From NCBI GenBank assembly GCA_965215185.1, contig OZ244034.1, forward strand, positions 2,496,001-2,560,000: 64,000 bases of DNA, read 5' to 3'. Shown in pieces: positions 43,222-53,517 of the stretch (position 1 is the stretch's first letter; the number at the start of each line of letters is the position of its first letter). The translations under genes and the position numbers were made by a program. Source of the stretch: Acidimicrobiia bacterium (lineage in GTDB: Bacteria; Actinomycetota; Acidimicrobiia; Spongiisociales; ZC4RG35). The notes beneath the pieces were generated by a model. The model saw only the letters and a program-made list of their open reading frames with translations. It was not told where the DNA came from and ran no database searches.

Positions 43222-44009
43222 AAGTGGTGTTCCCTTCTCGATTGGAGGCGGTCCTGCAGTTCTTCGGCCAGTCTCCGATAGGCGATGGCGCCGCGGTTCA
43301 TGTGATCGAAGATGTCGATGGGCTCTCCGTAGGACGACGCTTCGGCCAGACGAACTCTTCGGGGGATGTAGCTGCGGAACACGGCGCTGCCAAAGTGTTC
43401 CTTGACCTGAGCAGAGACTTCTCTGGAGAGCCGTGTGCGATTGTCCAACATTGTTAGCAGGACTCCCAGCAACTCCAGAGTGGGATTGAGGGCGGATCGG
43501 ACCAATTCGATGGTCCGATGCAGCTCCACCAATCCATCCAGAGCGTATTGCTCGCACTGCATGGGGATCAGCACGTAGCGAGCGGCGGTGAGGGCGTTGA
43601 CGGTCAGGAGTCCCAGCGAGGGGGGACAGTCGATCAGAATGTAGGAATACTGCTCTGCCAATGGTCGCAAGGAGTTGCGCAGCACCTGCTCTCGAGCCAT
43701 AAGGGGAACGAGCTCAATGGTTGCGTCGGCGAGGTATCGGGTGGACGGCAACAAATAGAGATTTCTCACCGCGGTTGGCTCTATTGCGTCCTCGGCGGCC
43801 GCGCCTTTGAGGAGGACATCGTAGGCCGAGAGGCTTATTTGTTCGTCAGTCAAGCCCAATCCGGAGGTGGCGTTGGCTTGAGGATCCAGATCCACCACCA
43901 ATACCGACTCCTCCATGGCGGCCAACGCTGCTCCCAGATTGACAGAGGTGGTGGTTTTGCCGACCCCGCCCTTTTGGTTGGTGACGGCGATTAGAGCGGA
44001 GGACGTCAT
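43218..44009 (-). CDS. parA: Chromosome partitioning ATPase ParA/Soj
   Basis: NQKGGVGKTTT, DLDPQANAT, DCPPSLG, QCEQYAL; ATG at 44009 after GAAAGGAG. Confidence 0.95.
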   Translation of the reverse strand: MTSSALIAVTNQKGGVGKTTTSVNLGAALAAMEESVLVVDLDPQANATSGLGLTDEQISLSAYDVLLKGAAAEDAIEPTAVRNLYLLPSTRYLADATIELVPLMAREQVLRNSLRPLAEQYSYILIDCPPSLGLLTVNALTAARYVLIPMQCEQYALDGLVELHRTIELVRSALNPTLELLGVLLTMLDNRTRLSREVSAQVKEHFGSAVFRSYIPRRVRLAEASSYGEPIDIFDHMNRGAIAYRRLAEELQDRLQSRREHHL

Positions 44010-44651
44010 GCTCCTTTCATAATAAGTAGCCATACCGGCTTTCCTATGACCTTTTCGGGAAATTCGTCGACTCGGTAGCCCACCACATTGGGCCGGGAGC
44101 GATGTGAACCACCTATTGCGGCCACCCCGGAAGGGAGGAGCAGCCGAGAAAGGGGCCTTCTGAGCTTCAGGGGGGAACTCACCGCTCGGGACACAATGAA
44201 GTCTGCGGGAGCCCTCCACTCGTGCAGTTGCTCGGTGGCGACCGTGACGTTATCCAACCCCAGCAGAAGAATCGCTCGCCGGGCCAAATCGGCGCGGCAC
44301 ACCGACCTTTCCAGCAAAACAACCTCGGTGGTGGGCCAAACTATGGCCAAGGGCACTCCTGGCAAACCCCCTCCGGCCCCAACATCCAAGACACGACGGG
44401 GGGCTGCGAGGGGGAATTCCAAGCGGAGGCAAAGAGAAGGGAGTCGGCAAGATGGCGGGAATGCACCACCGGCCCCTCTGATGGCCCCAGTCCTCCCGAT
44501 GGTATGTCTTCGGCGGTGAGCCAAACGGCAAGGCGCTCGAGCTGATGCAGCTGATAGGCAGTGAGAGGAAGCCCCGCCCATGCGCAGTGAGAGGAAGCCC
44601 CGCCCATGCCGGGGCCCGTTTCACAACCGAAATCCCGGAAGCGGAATTCAT
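44006..44651 (-). pseudogene. rsmG: 16S rRNA m7G527 methyltransferase RsmG (GidB), two frame disruptions
   Basis: RHLADSL is in one frame and LDVGAGGGLPGVPLAI...VSRA in another; there is a 26-bp tandem duplication at 44558-44609 and a G6 run near 44398-44403. Confidence 0.8.
44558..44609. repeat. Perfect 26-bp tandem duplication inside rsmG
   Basis: GCAGTGAGAGGAAGCCCCGCCCATGC twice. Confidence 0.95.
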
Positions 44652-44660
44652 GTTGTGTGA

Positions 44661-44676
44661 TGTTTCACGTGAAACA
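44661..44676. promoter_or_regulatory. parS centromere site
   Basis: TGTTTCACGTGAAACA, perfect consensus palindrome. Confidence 0.95.
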
Positions 44677-44740
44677 TGACGCGGGTTGTTTCAGCAAGTC
44701 GGTCAAGGGAACCAGCCCGGGGAGGGAGCCGCTATTTAGG

Positions 44741-44756
44741 TGTTTCACGTGAAACA
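44741..44756. promoter_or_regulatory. parS centromere site
   Basis: TGTTTCACGTGAAACA, perfect consensus palindrome, 80 bp from the first. Confidence 0.95.
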
Positions 44757-44918
44757 TTGGTGGTCGCCAGGATCGGTCCTGGGGTTTAGCGCTTTTCCTA
44801 AAGTTGGCGCAACTCACCGTGGAAAAGCCTAAAGGGGCTGGTCGGGACCCTAAAAGGGGGCGAATCACATCGATGTAGTTTTCACCCCGGTTGGTCATTG
44901 GCCTCGCAGCTCAGGCTT

Positions 44919-45881
44919 CTAGGGTACCGGGGTCTTGAAAAACTGGTGCAGGCCAACTACGGCCGCTTCTCCGGTGGGGGCTCCCAAATCAGGTACGGCC
45001 ACCACCACCGCCGGTGACCGGGTTTCTTTGAGGATGGCAGTAGCTTGGCCCTCCATCTGCAGCGACATGGCCTCGGCGAGACAACAGGCGAGCAGCTTTC
45101 CGGCCACGCTGTGGCTGCGGGGAGAGGCAAAGTAGCTGACCGTCCCCGGCCGGTGCTCCGACATTTGAAAAGAGATGATCAGGTCAGCTCCCATGCGGTT
45201 GGCGCGCCGCGCCCTGACCCGCTCGGGAAAGATGCTGTCGACTCCTCGGGACAGAATGGGGGTCCCACCCTGCTGCTGGAGGGCTATGGCGGCGGCCGTA
45301 GCGGCCTCCCAACTGACTGAAGCTTCTTCTTGGGTACGACAAGCCGGATCAAAATAGACGCGAGCGCCCACCAAGGTGGCAGGACGGGAGCGGAGCCATT
45401 CCCGTTCCCGCAGGGTCACACGGCCCGCCCGCATCGCTCCTCGAACTAGAAGGCGTAATTCGGTTATTACCTCCGGGCCTGAGAGACCGTCGATAGCCAA
45501 ACCCCGATTGAGTTGGAAATCCCGCAGGCCCCGCTCGGTTTGAGGGCCGAAGATCCCATCCGGCTTGCCGGTTTCGAAGCCCAGCGCGTCCAAGCGGCTT
45601 TGGAGTTCTGCTACGTCATCTCCCCGGAGCATGGGTCGCCGTAAAAAGAGAAGGCGGTCTCCCAGCCGGTAGCCGGCTTCATAGAGGGCGCGCCAGCAGT
45701 CTTGCCCCAACACGCCATTGATGGGCAGGCCTCTGTCGGCTTGGAAAGCAGTAACCGCCGCCAAGGTTGCCTCTCCGAATTCTCCCGGAGGGTCGCGGTC
45801 GCAGTTATGACCGAGCGCGGAGAGACGTTCCTGGATCTCTCGCACACCCTCTCCAGAACTGCCTAACTGAAAGCGGCGCAT
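44919..45881 (-). CDS. CwlM-like protein (two peptidoglycan-binding domains plus degenerate amidase_3)
   Basis: AVTAFQADRGL, LYEAGYRLGDRLL...MLRGDDVAELQ, DGIFGPQT; amidase-like tail without the DxGH motif (FDPAC); conserved position after trxA. Confidence 0.82.
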   Translation of the reverse strand: MRRFQLGSSGEGVREIQERLSALGHNCDRDPPGEFGEATLAAVTAFQADRGLPINGVLGQDCWRALYEAGYRLGDRLLFLRRPMLRGDDVAELQSRLDALGFETGKPDGIFGPQTERGLRDFQLNRGLAIDGLSGPEVITELRLLVRGAMRAGRVTLREREWLRSRPATLVGARVYFDPACRTQEEASVSWEAATAAAIALQQQGGTPILSRGVDSIFPERVRARRANRMGADLIISFQMSEHRPGTVSYFASPRSHSVAGKLLACCLAEAMSLQMEGQATAILKETRSPAVVVAVPDLGAPTGEAAVVGLHQFFKTPVP

Positions 45882-45973
45882 CTAATACCCTGGGTGGTTG
45901 CGGAAGGGTTCCCTTCTTCCGATCAGGATAGAGCAAGCCCCAAAGGGCGCCCGGCAACCTCGGATAACCGGGG

Positions 45974-46297
45974 TCAGAGATGCTCTTTGATGTTTTTGTA
46001 TAGCCAGGCTTTGGGCCGCGCTCCGACGATTCGCTGCACTTCTTGGCCGTTCTTGAACAGGATCATGGTGGGAATGCTCATCACCCCGTAGCTGGCAGGC
46101 GATTGAGGATTGTCGTCGATGTTCAATTTGGCGACAGTCAGCTTGTCGGGAAGCTCAGTGGCCAGCGCCTCGAGGTGAGGAGCCACCAGTCGGCAGGGCC
46201 CGCACCACTCGGCCCAGAAGTCGACCAACACCGGGCGGTCGCCCGAAATGATGTCTTGGAAATTCTGGTCCGTGATATTGAGCAGGTTATTCGCCAT
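45974..46297 (-). CDS. trxA: Thioredoxin
   Basis: VDFWAEWCGPCR, MSIPT. Confidence 0.96.
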   Translation of the reverse strand: MANNLLNITDQNFQDIISGDRPVLVDFWAEWCGPCRLVAPHLEALATELPDKLTVAKLNIDDNPQSPASYGVMSIPTMILFKNGQEVQRIVGARPKAWLYKNIKEHL

Positions 46298-46326
46298 CGG
46301 TTTGGTCCTTTCTCGACCGGGCTGAG

Positions 46327-47262
46327 CTACAGCCCCAGGGTGTTTTGAAGATAATGGTCGGCGTCCAATGCCGCCTGACAGCCGGTACCCGCCGCCGTAA
46401 CGGCCTGGCGATAGACCGAATCGGCCACATCCCCGGCGGCGAAAACCCCCGGAACGGAAGTGGCGGTACCACCCGCCTTCCCCAAGGAAATGTAGCCGCG
46501 CTCATCCAATTCTACCCATCCCGAGAAGAGTTCGGTGTTCGGCCGATGACCTATGGCCACAAACACCCCGTCAACTGGTCGCTGTCGGGATTGGTTGGTT
46601 ACCGTGTCCAACAGGGTGACTCCGTCTACGTGTTGATCCCCATGTATCTCCTGAACGACAGTATTCCACGCCACGTTGATCTTGGGGCTCTCCATGGCGC
46701 GGCGGGTCATTATTGCCGAAGCGCGGAAATCGTCTCTGCGGTGGGCAATTGTCACCGAAGATGCAAATTTAGTGAGAAACAGGGACTCTTCCATTGCCGA
46801 GTCCCCTCCTCCCACCACCAACAACTCCTTGTCCTTGAAGAAAAAGCCGTCACAGGTGGCGCAGGCCGACACCCCACGGCCGGTGAGCCGCTCTTCGCCA
46901 GGGATGCCGAGCCACTTGGCGCTGGCGCCGGTGGCAATTATGACGGTGTGGCCAAGATGCGTCGCCCCATTGGCGGTGACCTGTAGAGGGGCAGTGGCAA
47001 AATCGACCGAGGTGGCGTCCTCGGTGATTAGTTGAGCACCGAAGCGTTCAGCCTGGGCGCGAAACTTATCCATGATTTCGGGACCCATGACTCCTTCAGG
47101 GAAGCCTGGATAATTTTCCACGTCGGTAGTGATCATCAACTGCCCTCCCGGCGCGCTGCCCTCCAACACCACCGGCGCCAGTTCGGCGCGGGCGGCGTAC
47201 AGCGCGGCGGTATAGCCGGCCGGGCCTCCCCCGATTATCAAAACCTTGTGCACGTCGGTCAT
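46327..47262 (-). CDS. trxB: Thioredoxin reductase
   Basis: [38 protein letters not shown]. Confidence 0.96.
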   Translation of the reverse strand: MTDVHKVLIIGGGPAGYTAALYAARAELAPVVLEGSAPGGQLMITTDVENYPGFPEGVMGPEIMDKFRAQAERFGAQLITEDATSVDFATAPLQVTANGATHLGHTVIIATGASAKWLGIPGEERLTGRGVSACATCDGFFFKDKELLVVGGGDSAMEESLFLTKFASSVTIAHRRDDFRASAIMTRRAMESPKINVAWNTVVQEIHGDQHVDGVTLLDTVTNQSRQRPVDGVFVAIGHRPNTELFSGWVELDERGYISLGKAGGTATSVPGVFAAGDVADSVYRQAVTAAGTGCQAALDADHYLQNTLGL

Positions 47263-47556
47263 TCAACCACCTCGCATGTGTTTGGAACCCCTCTTCCATA
47301 CAAACAATCCACCCGCCAAAAATAGTCCCCCCAAGGTCGCCAACGACCCGGCGGATCCCAAACCCAGCGACAGGGCACGATGGGCGGCGATCATCACAAA
47401 GACCAGGCTGACCAGGGTAAGAACCATCAATACCGACACGAACAGGACCGCACGAATCCAGCCCTCCAGCCGGTCGGCAGTCTTGGCCCTTACCCGAGCG
47501 GCGGCCGACTCCAAGGCGTCGGCGAATCGAGCAGGCAAATCATCCAATGGCACCAA
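47263..47556 (-). CDS. Small two-TM hypothetical protein
   Basis: Two hydrophobic segments; abuts the trxB start in the same orientation. Confidence 0.55.
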   Translation of the reverse strand: MVPLDDLPARFADALESAAARVRAKTADRLEGWIRAVLFVSVLMVLTLVSLVFVMIAAHRALSLGLGSAGSLATLGGLFLAGGLFVWKRGSKHMRGG

Positions 47557-47654
47557 GACAAAAGGCTAGCGCGGCTGGGACCTGGGCCGGCAGGGTGGTG
47601 CGCTGCACTCCGCAGCACTATGTCACCAGTTGTTAACTAAGCTTAGACATGGTG

Positions 47655-49010
47655 TTATCCCCAAAAGCGGGCTTCTGCGATGGAGGTCGAGTAGTTTTCC
47701 GGGCCAACGTAGGGCAACTCGGTAAACCAGATGAGCCAGGTCCCATCTGGTCGGGGGGGCAGGGTGAGGAAGAAAGCCCCCGAAGTTGTGCGTCCGGTAG
47801 CTACCGGGCTCCACTCGCGGAGAGAGGTATTCGGCGTTTCCGCCCAAGACAGGGTGTATACGGTTCCCGGAGTAATTCCCAGCAACTCAAGGCGGCGAGC
47901 TCCAGGAGGGGGAGTCATAACCAGTCCGACCCCTGCCTTAATCCGAGACAGGGGGTCGTAGTAGCGCTCGGTTCGCCAAGTGGTCTCGCGGTCAGCGTCG
48001 ACCAGACGTTCCAAGCGGTGGTCCATTTCTCCGCCTCCTCCGTAAGGATCGAAAGTGGATACTTCGGGAGCCCCCAGCAACTGCAGCGGCGGGGTGGCAA
48101 GGACCGGCGCGGCGGCGGGAGTGGTGGCAGTGGGAGCAGTGCTGGGCGAAGAGAGGCTGAGGGTGGAGGTGGTCTGCGGTCGGGTGGTCCGCGGGGTGGT
48201 GGCGGCGATGGTGGGAGGTGAGGGGGAGGCCGACCCCGCTGACAACAGAGTTCCCATGCCGACCAGCCCCAGAGCGGTGCATATCAAGCCGGTCGCCATC
48301 CACAGCGCGACGCGGGGAACGCGAGGCACATTGGTGGAGGACGGAGAGGGCGCCGGCGCCGAAGCGAGCAGCGCCGCCAACTCGGACGCGGCCAGGTCTC
48401 CGGTGGCGGACGCGGCCAGGATCCGGTCGATGGCGGGGCTGATACCGTCCACCAATTCCGAGATAGGCAGACCCCGGGCGGGTCTGCCTATCACCCATCG
48501 CTCCAAAGTGTCTACCAACTGCACCACATCGGTTGCGAATGTGCCCTCCTTGACGGGTGGTCCCACCCCTCCCAACTTGGCCGGGTGGTCGAGGGAGTAA
48601 TAGATAGCGTTGGTGCTTATTCGGCCGTGTACCACGCCGATGTCATGCAGGGCGGAAAGCGCTCCAGCGAGGCCGGCTGCATTGGACTGGAACTCGGCTG
48701 GGTCCATCTTGGCGCCTGCCGCCAACCGGTGGGAGAGGGCTGTACCCCCCGTCCATTCGTATGCGGCGAACACCCCGCCGGGGACAGGGGCGGCATCGAA
48801 AACCGAGAGCAGGTGGTGATGGGAAGCGGCGGTGGATCGCCGAACGGCTTCCAGATACTCCTCCCGTACCGCAGGAGCAGTTTCCGGACCCAGCACCCGA
48901 AGCTGCACTGGCCGAGCAAGGACCGTGTCCGTGGCCAGCCACTCTTCGACTCCTTCATTTCTGCCCAGACGAACTTCAAGGCGATAGCGGTCGGGAAGAG
49001 GGGGCGGCAT
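47655..49010 (-). CDS. Membrane Ser/Thr pseudokinase-like protein with extracellular C-terminal domain
   Basis: DRYRLEVRLG...WLATDTVLARPV, HDIGVVHGRI without HRD/DFG; TM segment; Thr/Pro linker; FDPYG...TWRTERY...KAGVGL tail. Confidence 0.75.
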   Translation of the reverse strand: MPPPLPDRYRLEVRLGRNEGVEEWLATDTVLARPVQLRVLGPETAPAVREEYLEAVRRSTAASHHHLLSVFDAAPVPGGVFAAYEWTGGTALSHRLAAGAKMDPAEFQSNAAGLAGALSALHDIGVVHGRISTNAIYYSLDHPAKLGGVGPPVKEGTFATDVVQLVDTLERWVIGRPARGLPISELVDGISPAIDRILAASATGDLAASELAALLASAPAPSPSSTNVPRVPRVALWMATGLICTALGLVGMGTLLSAGSASPSPPTIAATTPRTTRPQTTSTLSLSSPSTAPTATTPAAAPVLATPPLQLLGAPEVSTFDPYGGGGEMDHRLERLVDADRETTWRTERYYDPLSRIKAGVGLVMTPPPGARRLELLGITPGTVYTLSWAETPNTSLREWSPVATGRTTSGAFFLTLPPRPDGTWLIWFTELPYVGPENYSTSIAEARFWG

Positions 49011-49085
49011 GGGCTTCGATACCCAAGAATATCCCCTCATGGATTCTCAGGGAGGCGCTTTCACGCCAAACTATTGAAAGCGACC

Positions 49086-50096
49086 ATGAAAATACTGTAT
49101 TTGACCCATCCTGCCTTCTACCGACACGAGACCGGGCGCCATCACCCCGAACGCCCTGCCCGGCTGCGCGCCGTGCAGCGGGGGGTTGACGCCTCGGGTC
49201 TGACCATAGAGACGGTGGAGGCGCCGCCAGCGGACAACGATCTGCTGGGGCTGGCGCATACCTCCGCATACATCTCCTATGTACGGGATTTCATTGCGGC
49301 GGGGGGAGGGCGCTTCGATCCGGACACAGCCGCTGGCCCGGAGTCATGGGAGGCGGCTTGCCGGGCGGCGGGTGCAGGCCCCCGGGCAGCGCGGCTTCTG
49401 GAGGGAGAACCGGACGCCGTGGCCCTCTTGGCGGTTAGGCCCCCCGGCCATCACGCGTTGGCTGATCGGGCCATGGGGTTTTGCATCTTCAACAATGCGG
49501 CCATAACCGCCCGCTACCTGCAGGCCCGGGGAGAAAGGGTGGCGATTGTCGACTGGGATGTGCATCACGGCAACGGAACGGATGCCGAGTTCCAACGCGA
49601 TCAGGAGGTGTTCTATATCAGCGCCCACCAATGGCCCTACTACCCGGGAACGGGAGCTCTTGATGAAGTGGGGTCGGGCCCGGGGAGGGGATATACCATC
49701 AATGCCGCTTGGCCGGCTGGAACCGGGGGTGACGTATACCGAAGGCTCTTCACAGAGATGGTGATTCCCCGCCTGCGAAGGTTCGCTCCCCACTGGGTAC
49801 TGGTGAGTTGCGGATTCGATGCCCATCATCTGGATCCCTTGGCTGGCCTGCAACTCACTGAAGGCGACTACCACTTTATGGCCGCGCAGCTATTGGAGGT
49901 CGTGCCACCAAACCGGATCTTGGTCTTCCTGGAGGGAGGCTACAACCTGGACGCCATCGCCGAATCCACCCGAGCGATGTTGCTGGGGCTGGCCGGCCGA
50001 CCCTATGACAGCCCAACTCCGCCCTTTGCTTCATCGCCCCACGCTCACCGCATTCTCGATGCGTTGGCGGGTATTCAGGACCGGGCGGCTGGGTGA
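49086..50096 (+). CDS. Histone deacetylase-family (AcuC/AphA-like) Zn hydrolase
   Basis: HPERPARL, RPPGHHA, GFCIFNN, DWDVHHGNGT, GFDAH.DPL, LEGGY. Confidence 0.93.
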   Translation: MKILYLTHPAFYRHETGRHHPERPARLRAVQRGVDASGLTIETVEAPPADNDLLGLAHTSAYISYVRDFIAAGGGRFDPDTAAGPESWEAACRAAGAGPRAARLLEGEPDAVALLAVRPPGHHALADRAMGFCIFNNAAITARYLQARGERVAIVDWDVHHGNGTDAEFQRDQEVFYISAHQWPYYPGTGALDEVGSGPGRGYTINAAWPAGTGGDVYRRLFTEMVIPRLRRFAPHWVLVSCGFDAHHLDPLAGLQLTEGDYHFMAAQLLEVVPPNRILVFLEGGYNLDAIAESTRAMLLGLAGRPYDSPTPPFASSPHAHRILDALAGIQDRAAG

Positions 50097-50148
50097 GAAG
50101 CAACAAACGTCGCTCCAATAGGCGCGCGCGCCGACCAACATTGAGCCA

Positions 50149-51567
50149 GTGATACCTGAAAGACTCACCTGGGTGTTGGATGCCGAGCAGATCCCTGGTC
50201 GGCTGGGTCGCCGCTTTGCTCGCTCCGGCTATCTCCTCTATCTGGTAGGCGGCACGGTACGCGATGCCTTTATGGGGCGGGTCGATTCCCAGGCGGGAGG
50301 AGAATTCGACCTGGCCACCGATGCGCGGCCGGCGGCGATCAAGGCCATCCTGCACGGTTGGGCGGACCAGGTCTACACGATCGGGGAGACTTACGGCACC
50401 GTGGCCGGAGTCAAGGCAGGGCAGACCTTCGAGATAACCACCTTTCGAAAGGACGTATATCGCAGTGACAGCCGTCATCCAGAGGTGTCTTTTTCGGACA
50501 CCATTGAAGAGGACCTCAAGCGGAGGGATTTCACAGTCAACGCGTTGGCTATCAAAGTGCCCGACGCCCAAATGGTGGATCCGTTCGGAGGGCTGGCCGA
50601 TCTAGCCCGCCGGGTGTTGAGAACTCCCTCCGCACCGGCCAAGACCTTCGAGGACGACCCCTTGCGGATGCTCCGCCTGTTCCGGTTTTGGGCGTCGCTG
50701 GAGTTCCATCCCACCTCGACAACTCTGGCGGCGGTGACCGAGATGGCAGATCGCCTTCGGATAGTGTCCGCCGAGCGGATAAGGGACGAAGTGAGCAAAT
50801 TGATCACCGCTCCCCGGCCTGCCGCCGCCCTCCTGGGCATGGCCAAATCGGGACTGGCCGACCACTTCTTGCCCGAGCTTTCGTCCTTGCGGATGGAGCA
50901 GGATCCCCGACATCGCCACAAGGACGTGTTGGCCCACAGCCTGGCGGTGGTGGAGAAGGCCTCGCCCCGACTGAGGTTGCGGTTGGCCTGCCTGCTTCAT
51001 GACATAGGCAAACCGGACACTCGTCGCTTCGGGCCCAAGGGGGTCAGTTTCCACCACCACGAAATGGTGGGAGCGCGCCTCGCCCGGCATCGCCTGGAGG
51101 AGCTTCGCTACCCACGGGCGGTGATAGCAGACGTGTCCCGCCTGGTCGAGTTGCACCTACGCCCTCACACCCTCAAGATGGGGTGGACTGATTCGGCCGT
51201 CCGGCGCTATGTGCGGGATGCCGGTTCCCTCCTGGAGGACCTCAACGAGTTGGTTCGCTGTGATGTCACAACAGTCAACCAGCATCGGGCCGTCGCCATT
51301 CAGAAGCGGATCGACCGGTTGGAGCAGCGAATTGTCGAACTCAAGAAACAAGAGAATCTCGACCGACTCCGGGCGCCGGTCAACGGTCACGAGGTCATGT
51401 CATATCTGGGGATTCCTCCCGGTCCACCAGTGGGCGAGATAATGGCAATCCTCCTGGAGCGACGAATAGAAGAGGGTCCCTATTCCCAGCGAGAGGCCCT
51501 GCAGGCCGCTCGCGAGTGGGCGATAGGAAAGGACTGGGAGGATCCCGGTCCTCCTCCGCCAGTATGA
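50149..51567 (+). CDS. CCA tRNA nucleotidyltransferase with HD domain
   Basis: VGGTVRD, DLATD, EITTFR, DLKRRDFTVNA, DDPLRMLR, SAERIRDE, LLHDIGKP. Confidence 0.93.
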   Translation: MIPERLTWVLDAEQIPGRLGRRFARSGYLLYLVGGTVRDAFMGRVDSQAGGEFDLATDARPAAIKAILHGWADQVYTIGETYGTVAGVKAGQTFEITTFRKDVYRSDSRHPEVSFSDTIEEDLKRRDFTVNALAIKVPDAQMVDPFGGLADLARRVLRTPSAPAKTFEDDPLRMLRLFRFWASLEFHPTSTTLAAVTEMADRLRIVSAERIRDEVSKLITAPRPAAALLGMAKSGLADHFLPELSSLRMEQDPRHRHKDVLAHSLAVVEKASPRLRLRLACLLHDIGKPDTRRFGPKGVSFHHHEMVGARLARHRLEELRYPRAVIADVSRLVELHLRPHTLKMGWTDSAVRRYVRDAGSLLEDLNELVRCDVTTVNQHRAVAIQKRIDRLEQRIVELKKQENLDRLRAPVNGHEVMSYLGIPPGPPVGEIMAILLERRIEEGPYSQREALQAAREWAIGKDWEDPGPPPPV

Positions 51568-53231
51568 GAACCGCTATCTGGATCGTCGCCCTGCTCCTGG
51601 TGCTGGGGGGCGCGGCTGCCTGTGGCTCTGGGGATCCTTCTTCATCCACATCCTCGTCGGCTACCGAAGCCGATATGGCTCAACCGCCCGATACCACCGC
51701 GTTGTCGTCTGTCACCTCCACCATGGCCGCCACCACACTTGCTCCGACTACCACCACCATCGTCGCTCCAAACAGCGCCAGCGGCCCCGGGGAGCCCCCC
51801 TCTTTGTGGGAAAGGCTCCGGGAGTCGGGAGGAGAGGGGATAGGAGACTCCTTGTACCCGAGGCTCGGAGGCTCTGGCTACGACGTGGAGCGTTACAGGA
51901 TCGAAATGCTCTACGATCCGACCAGCCGACAGATATCGGGTACCTCCACTATCTCCGCGATGGCCACCGGCGACCTGGATCTGTTCAGCCTGGACTTCTT
52001 TGGTCTGGAGGCCCGCAGAGTGAGCATCAACGGCCTGGAAGCGGACTACCAACAGGTTGCTGAAGAACTGATCATCGATCCTCCGCAGATGTTCCAGGAT
52101 GGAGATCCTTTGAACGTGGTGATCGTTTATGAAGGGGTGGTGACTGCTCGACCGGCCCAGGCCATTCAGGGTATTACCGCCGGGGGCCACTGGGCAGCGG
52201 ACGGGGAGACCTTCTTTGCGCTCAATGAACCGGATGGATCTGCAGCTTGGGCGCCATTCAACGACCATCCACTTGACAAGGCTCTGGTCACCCTGGAAGT
52301 GGGAGTTCCCGTCGGTTGGACCGCGGTGTCCGGCGGGAGGCTAGAGGATTACCGGGAAGAGGGGCAAACGGCTGTTTACACATGGTCGATGGAACATCCC
52401 GTCGCTCCCTATCTGATTCCACTGGCCATCGGGCGTTTTTCCTCCCGGTCCGAGCCCGATTGGCTGGGCCTTGAGATCACTACCTGGTATCCGCAAGGCA
52501 TGGACACCGCCCTGCTCGAACCCATGTCTCGCCACGACGAGTACTTGCAGTTCCTGTCCAAAGTCTTCGGCCCCTATCCCTTCGAGTCGATAGGGGCACT
52601 GGTGGTGGAAGCAGGTGTAGGTTTGGCGTTGGAGCACCAAACCCTGCCCACATACGATCTCTCCGCGGTGTGGGACGGGGTGGTGATACATGAGTTGGCC
52701 CACCAGTGGTTCGGCGACTCCGTTTCGGTGGCAGATTGGAGCGACATCTGGCTCAACGAGGGACCGGCCACGTTGGCAGAGTGGCTGTGGACAGAAGAGA
52801 CCTCAGGAGTCGCCGCTTACGACCAGTTGGTGGCCGATAACTATCGGCTGTTCTCAGGCGAGCGTTTCGCCAATGACAGCGTTTCCGCAGAGCAGGCGGC
52901 AGCCGCCGCGATCGGGCGTTTCTATCCGCCAGGAATCCCGCTCGCCGATGACCTCTTCAATTATTCCGTTTATGCGCGGGGAGCGCTGGCATTGGTCGCG
53001 CTACGAGACGAAATGGGTGACGACCAGTTTCTCGGCATGCTCAGAAGCTGGCTCGACACGCATCGCTATGCAAACGCTTCAACCGCCGACTTTCTGTCGT
53101 TGACCGAGGAGACAGGGGGCCCGGCGGTTCGGCAGCTGGTGGAATCGTGGATTTATGATCCCCTCCCGCCGCCCATGCCCGACCGCGGACTCCACCCTTT
53201 GGAGCAAGAGGAGGGCTCCCAGGGGACATAG
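51564..53231 (+). CDS. M1-family aminopeptidase lipoprotein
   Basis: Lipobox AAAC, Ser/Thr linker, GIGDSLYP.LG..GYDV, ALEHQT, HELAHQWFGD...WLNEG, VYARGA. Confidence 0.9.
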   Translation: MRTAIWIVALLLVLGGAAACGSGDPSSSTSSSATEADMAQPPDTTALSSVTSTMAATTLAPTTTTIVAPNSASGPGEPPSLWERLRESGGEGIGDSLYPRLGGSGYDVERYRIEMLYDPTSRQISGTSTISAMATGDLDLFSLDFFGLEARRVSINGLEADYQQVAEELIIDPPQMFQDGDPLNVVIVYEGVVTARPAQAIQGITAGGHWAADGETFFALNEPDGSAAWAPFNDHPLDKALVTLEVGVPVGWTAVSGGRLEDYREEGQTAVYTWSMEHPVAPYLIPLAIGRFSSRSEPDWLGLEITTWYPQGMDTALLEPMSRHDEYLQFLSKVFGPYPFESIGALVVEAGVGLALEHQTLPTYDLSAVWDGVVIHELAHQWFGDSVSVADWSDIWLNEGPATLAEWLWTEETSGVAAYDQLVADNYRLFSGERFANDSVSAEQAAAAAIGRFYPPGIPLADDLFNYSVYARGALALVALRDEMGDDQFLGMLRSWLDTHRYANASTADFLSLTEETGGPAVRQLVESWIYDPLPPPMPDRGLHPLEQEEGSQGT

Positions 53232-53460
53232 AAGCTGGCTTCGAGGCGGAAAGTACATCCTGCCGGCTGCCGAAAGCTACCGCCCCGGATTTCGACAAGG
53301 ATGAAATGGGCGCCCCACTTCTTCCTTACCTGTAGCGAGAACGCAGTTGCGAACTGGGCGGGTCAGCTTCTGCGCTCAAGGCCACGAGCCTTCTGTCGTG
53401 AGGGTTCTTTGGTTTCTCCAAGTTTGACAGAACTCCTGGTAAAACACGCCCCCCCCCAGT

Positions 53461-53489
53461 TTGGCCATATGCGCATATTCGTATATAGT
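53461..53489 (+). promoter_or_regulatory. Putative arg operon promoter with palindromic operator candidate
   Basis: TTGGCC-N17-TATAGT; palindrome ATATGCGCATAT (53467-53478) lies in the spacer. Confidence 0.45.
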
Positions 53490-53517
53490 GGTGCCGACCC
53501 GAAAGGAACAGCATCGG

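Noticed and set aside
44648-44898. MFHVKH-containing short ORFs
   Set aside because: They are just translations of the parS palindrome.
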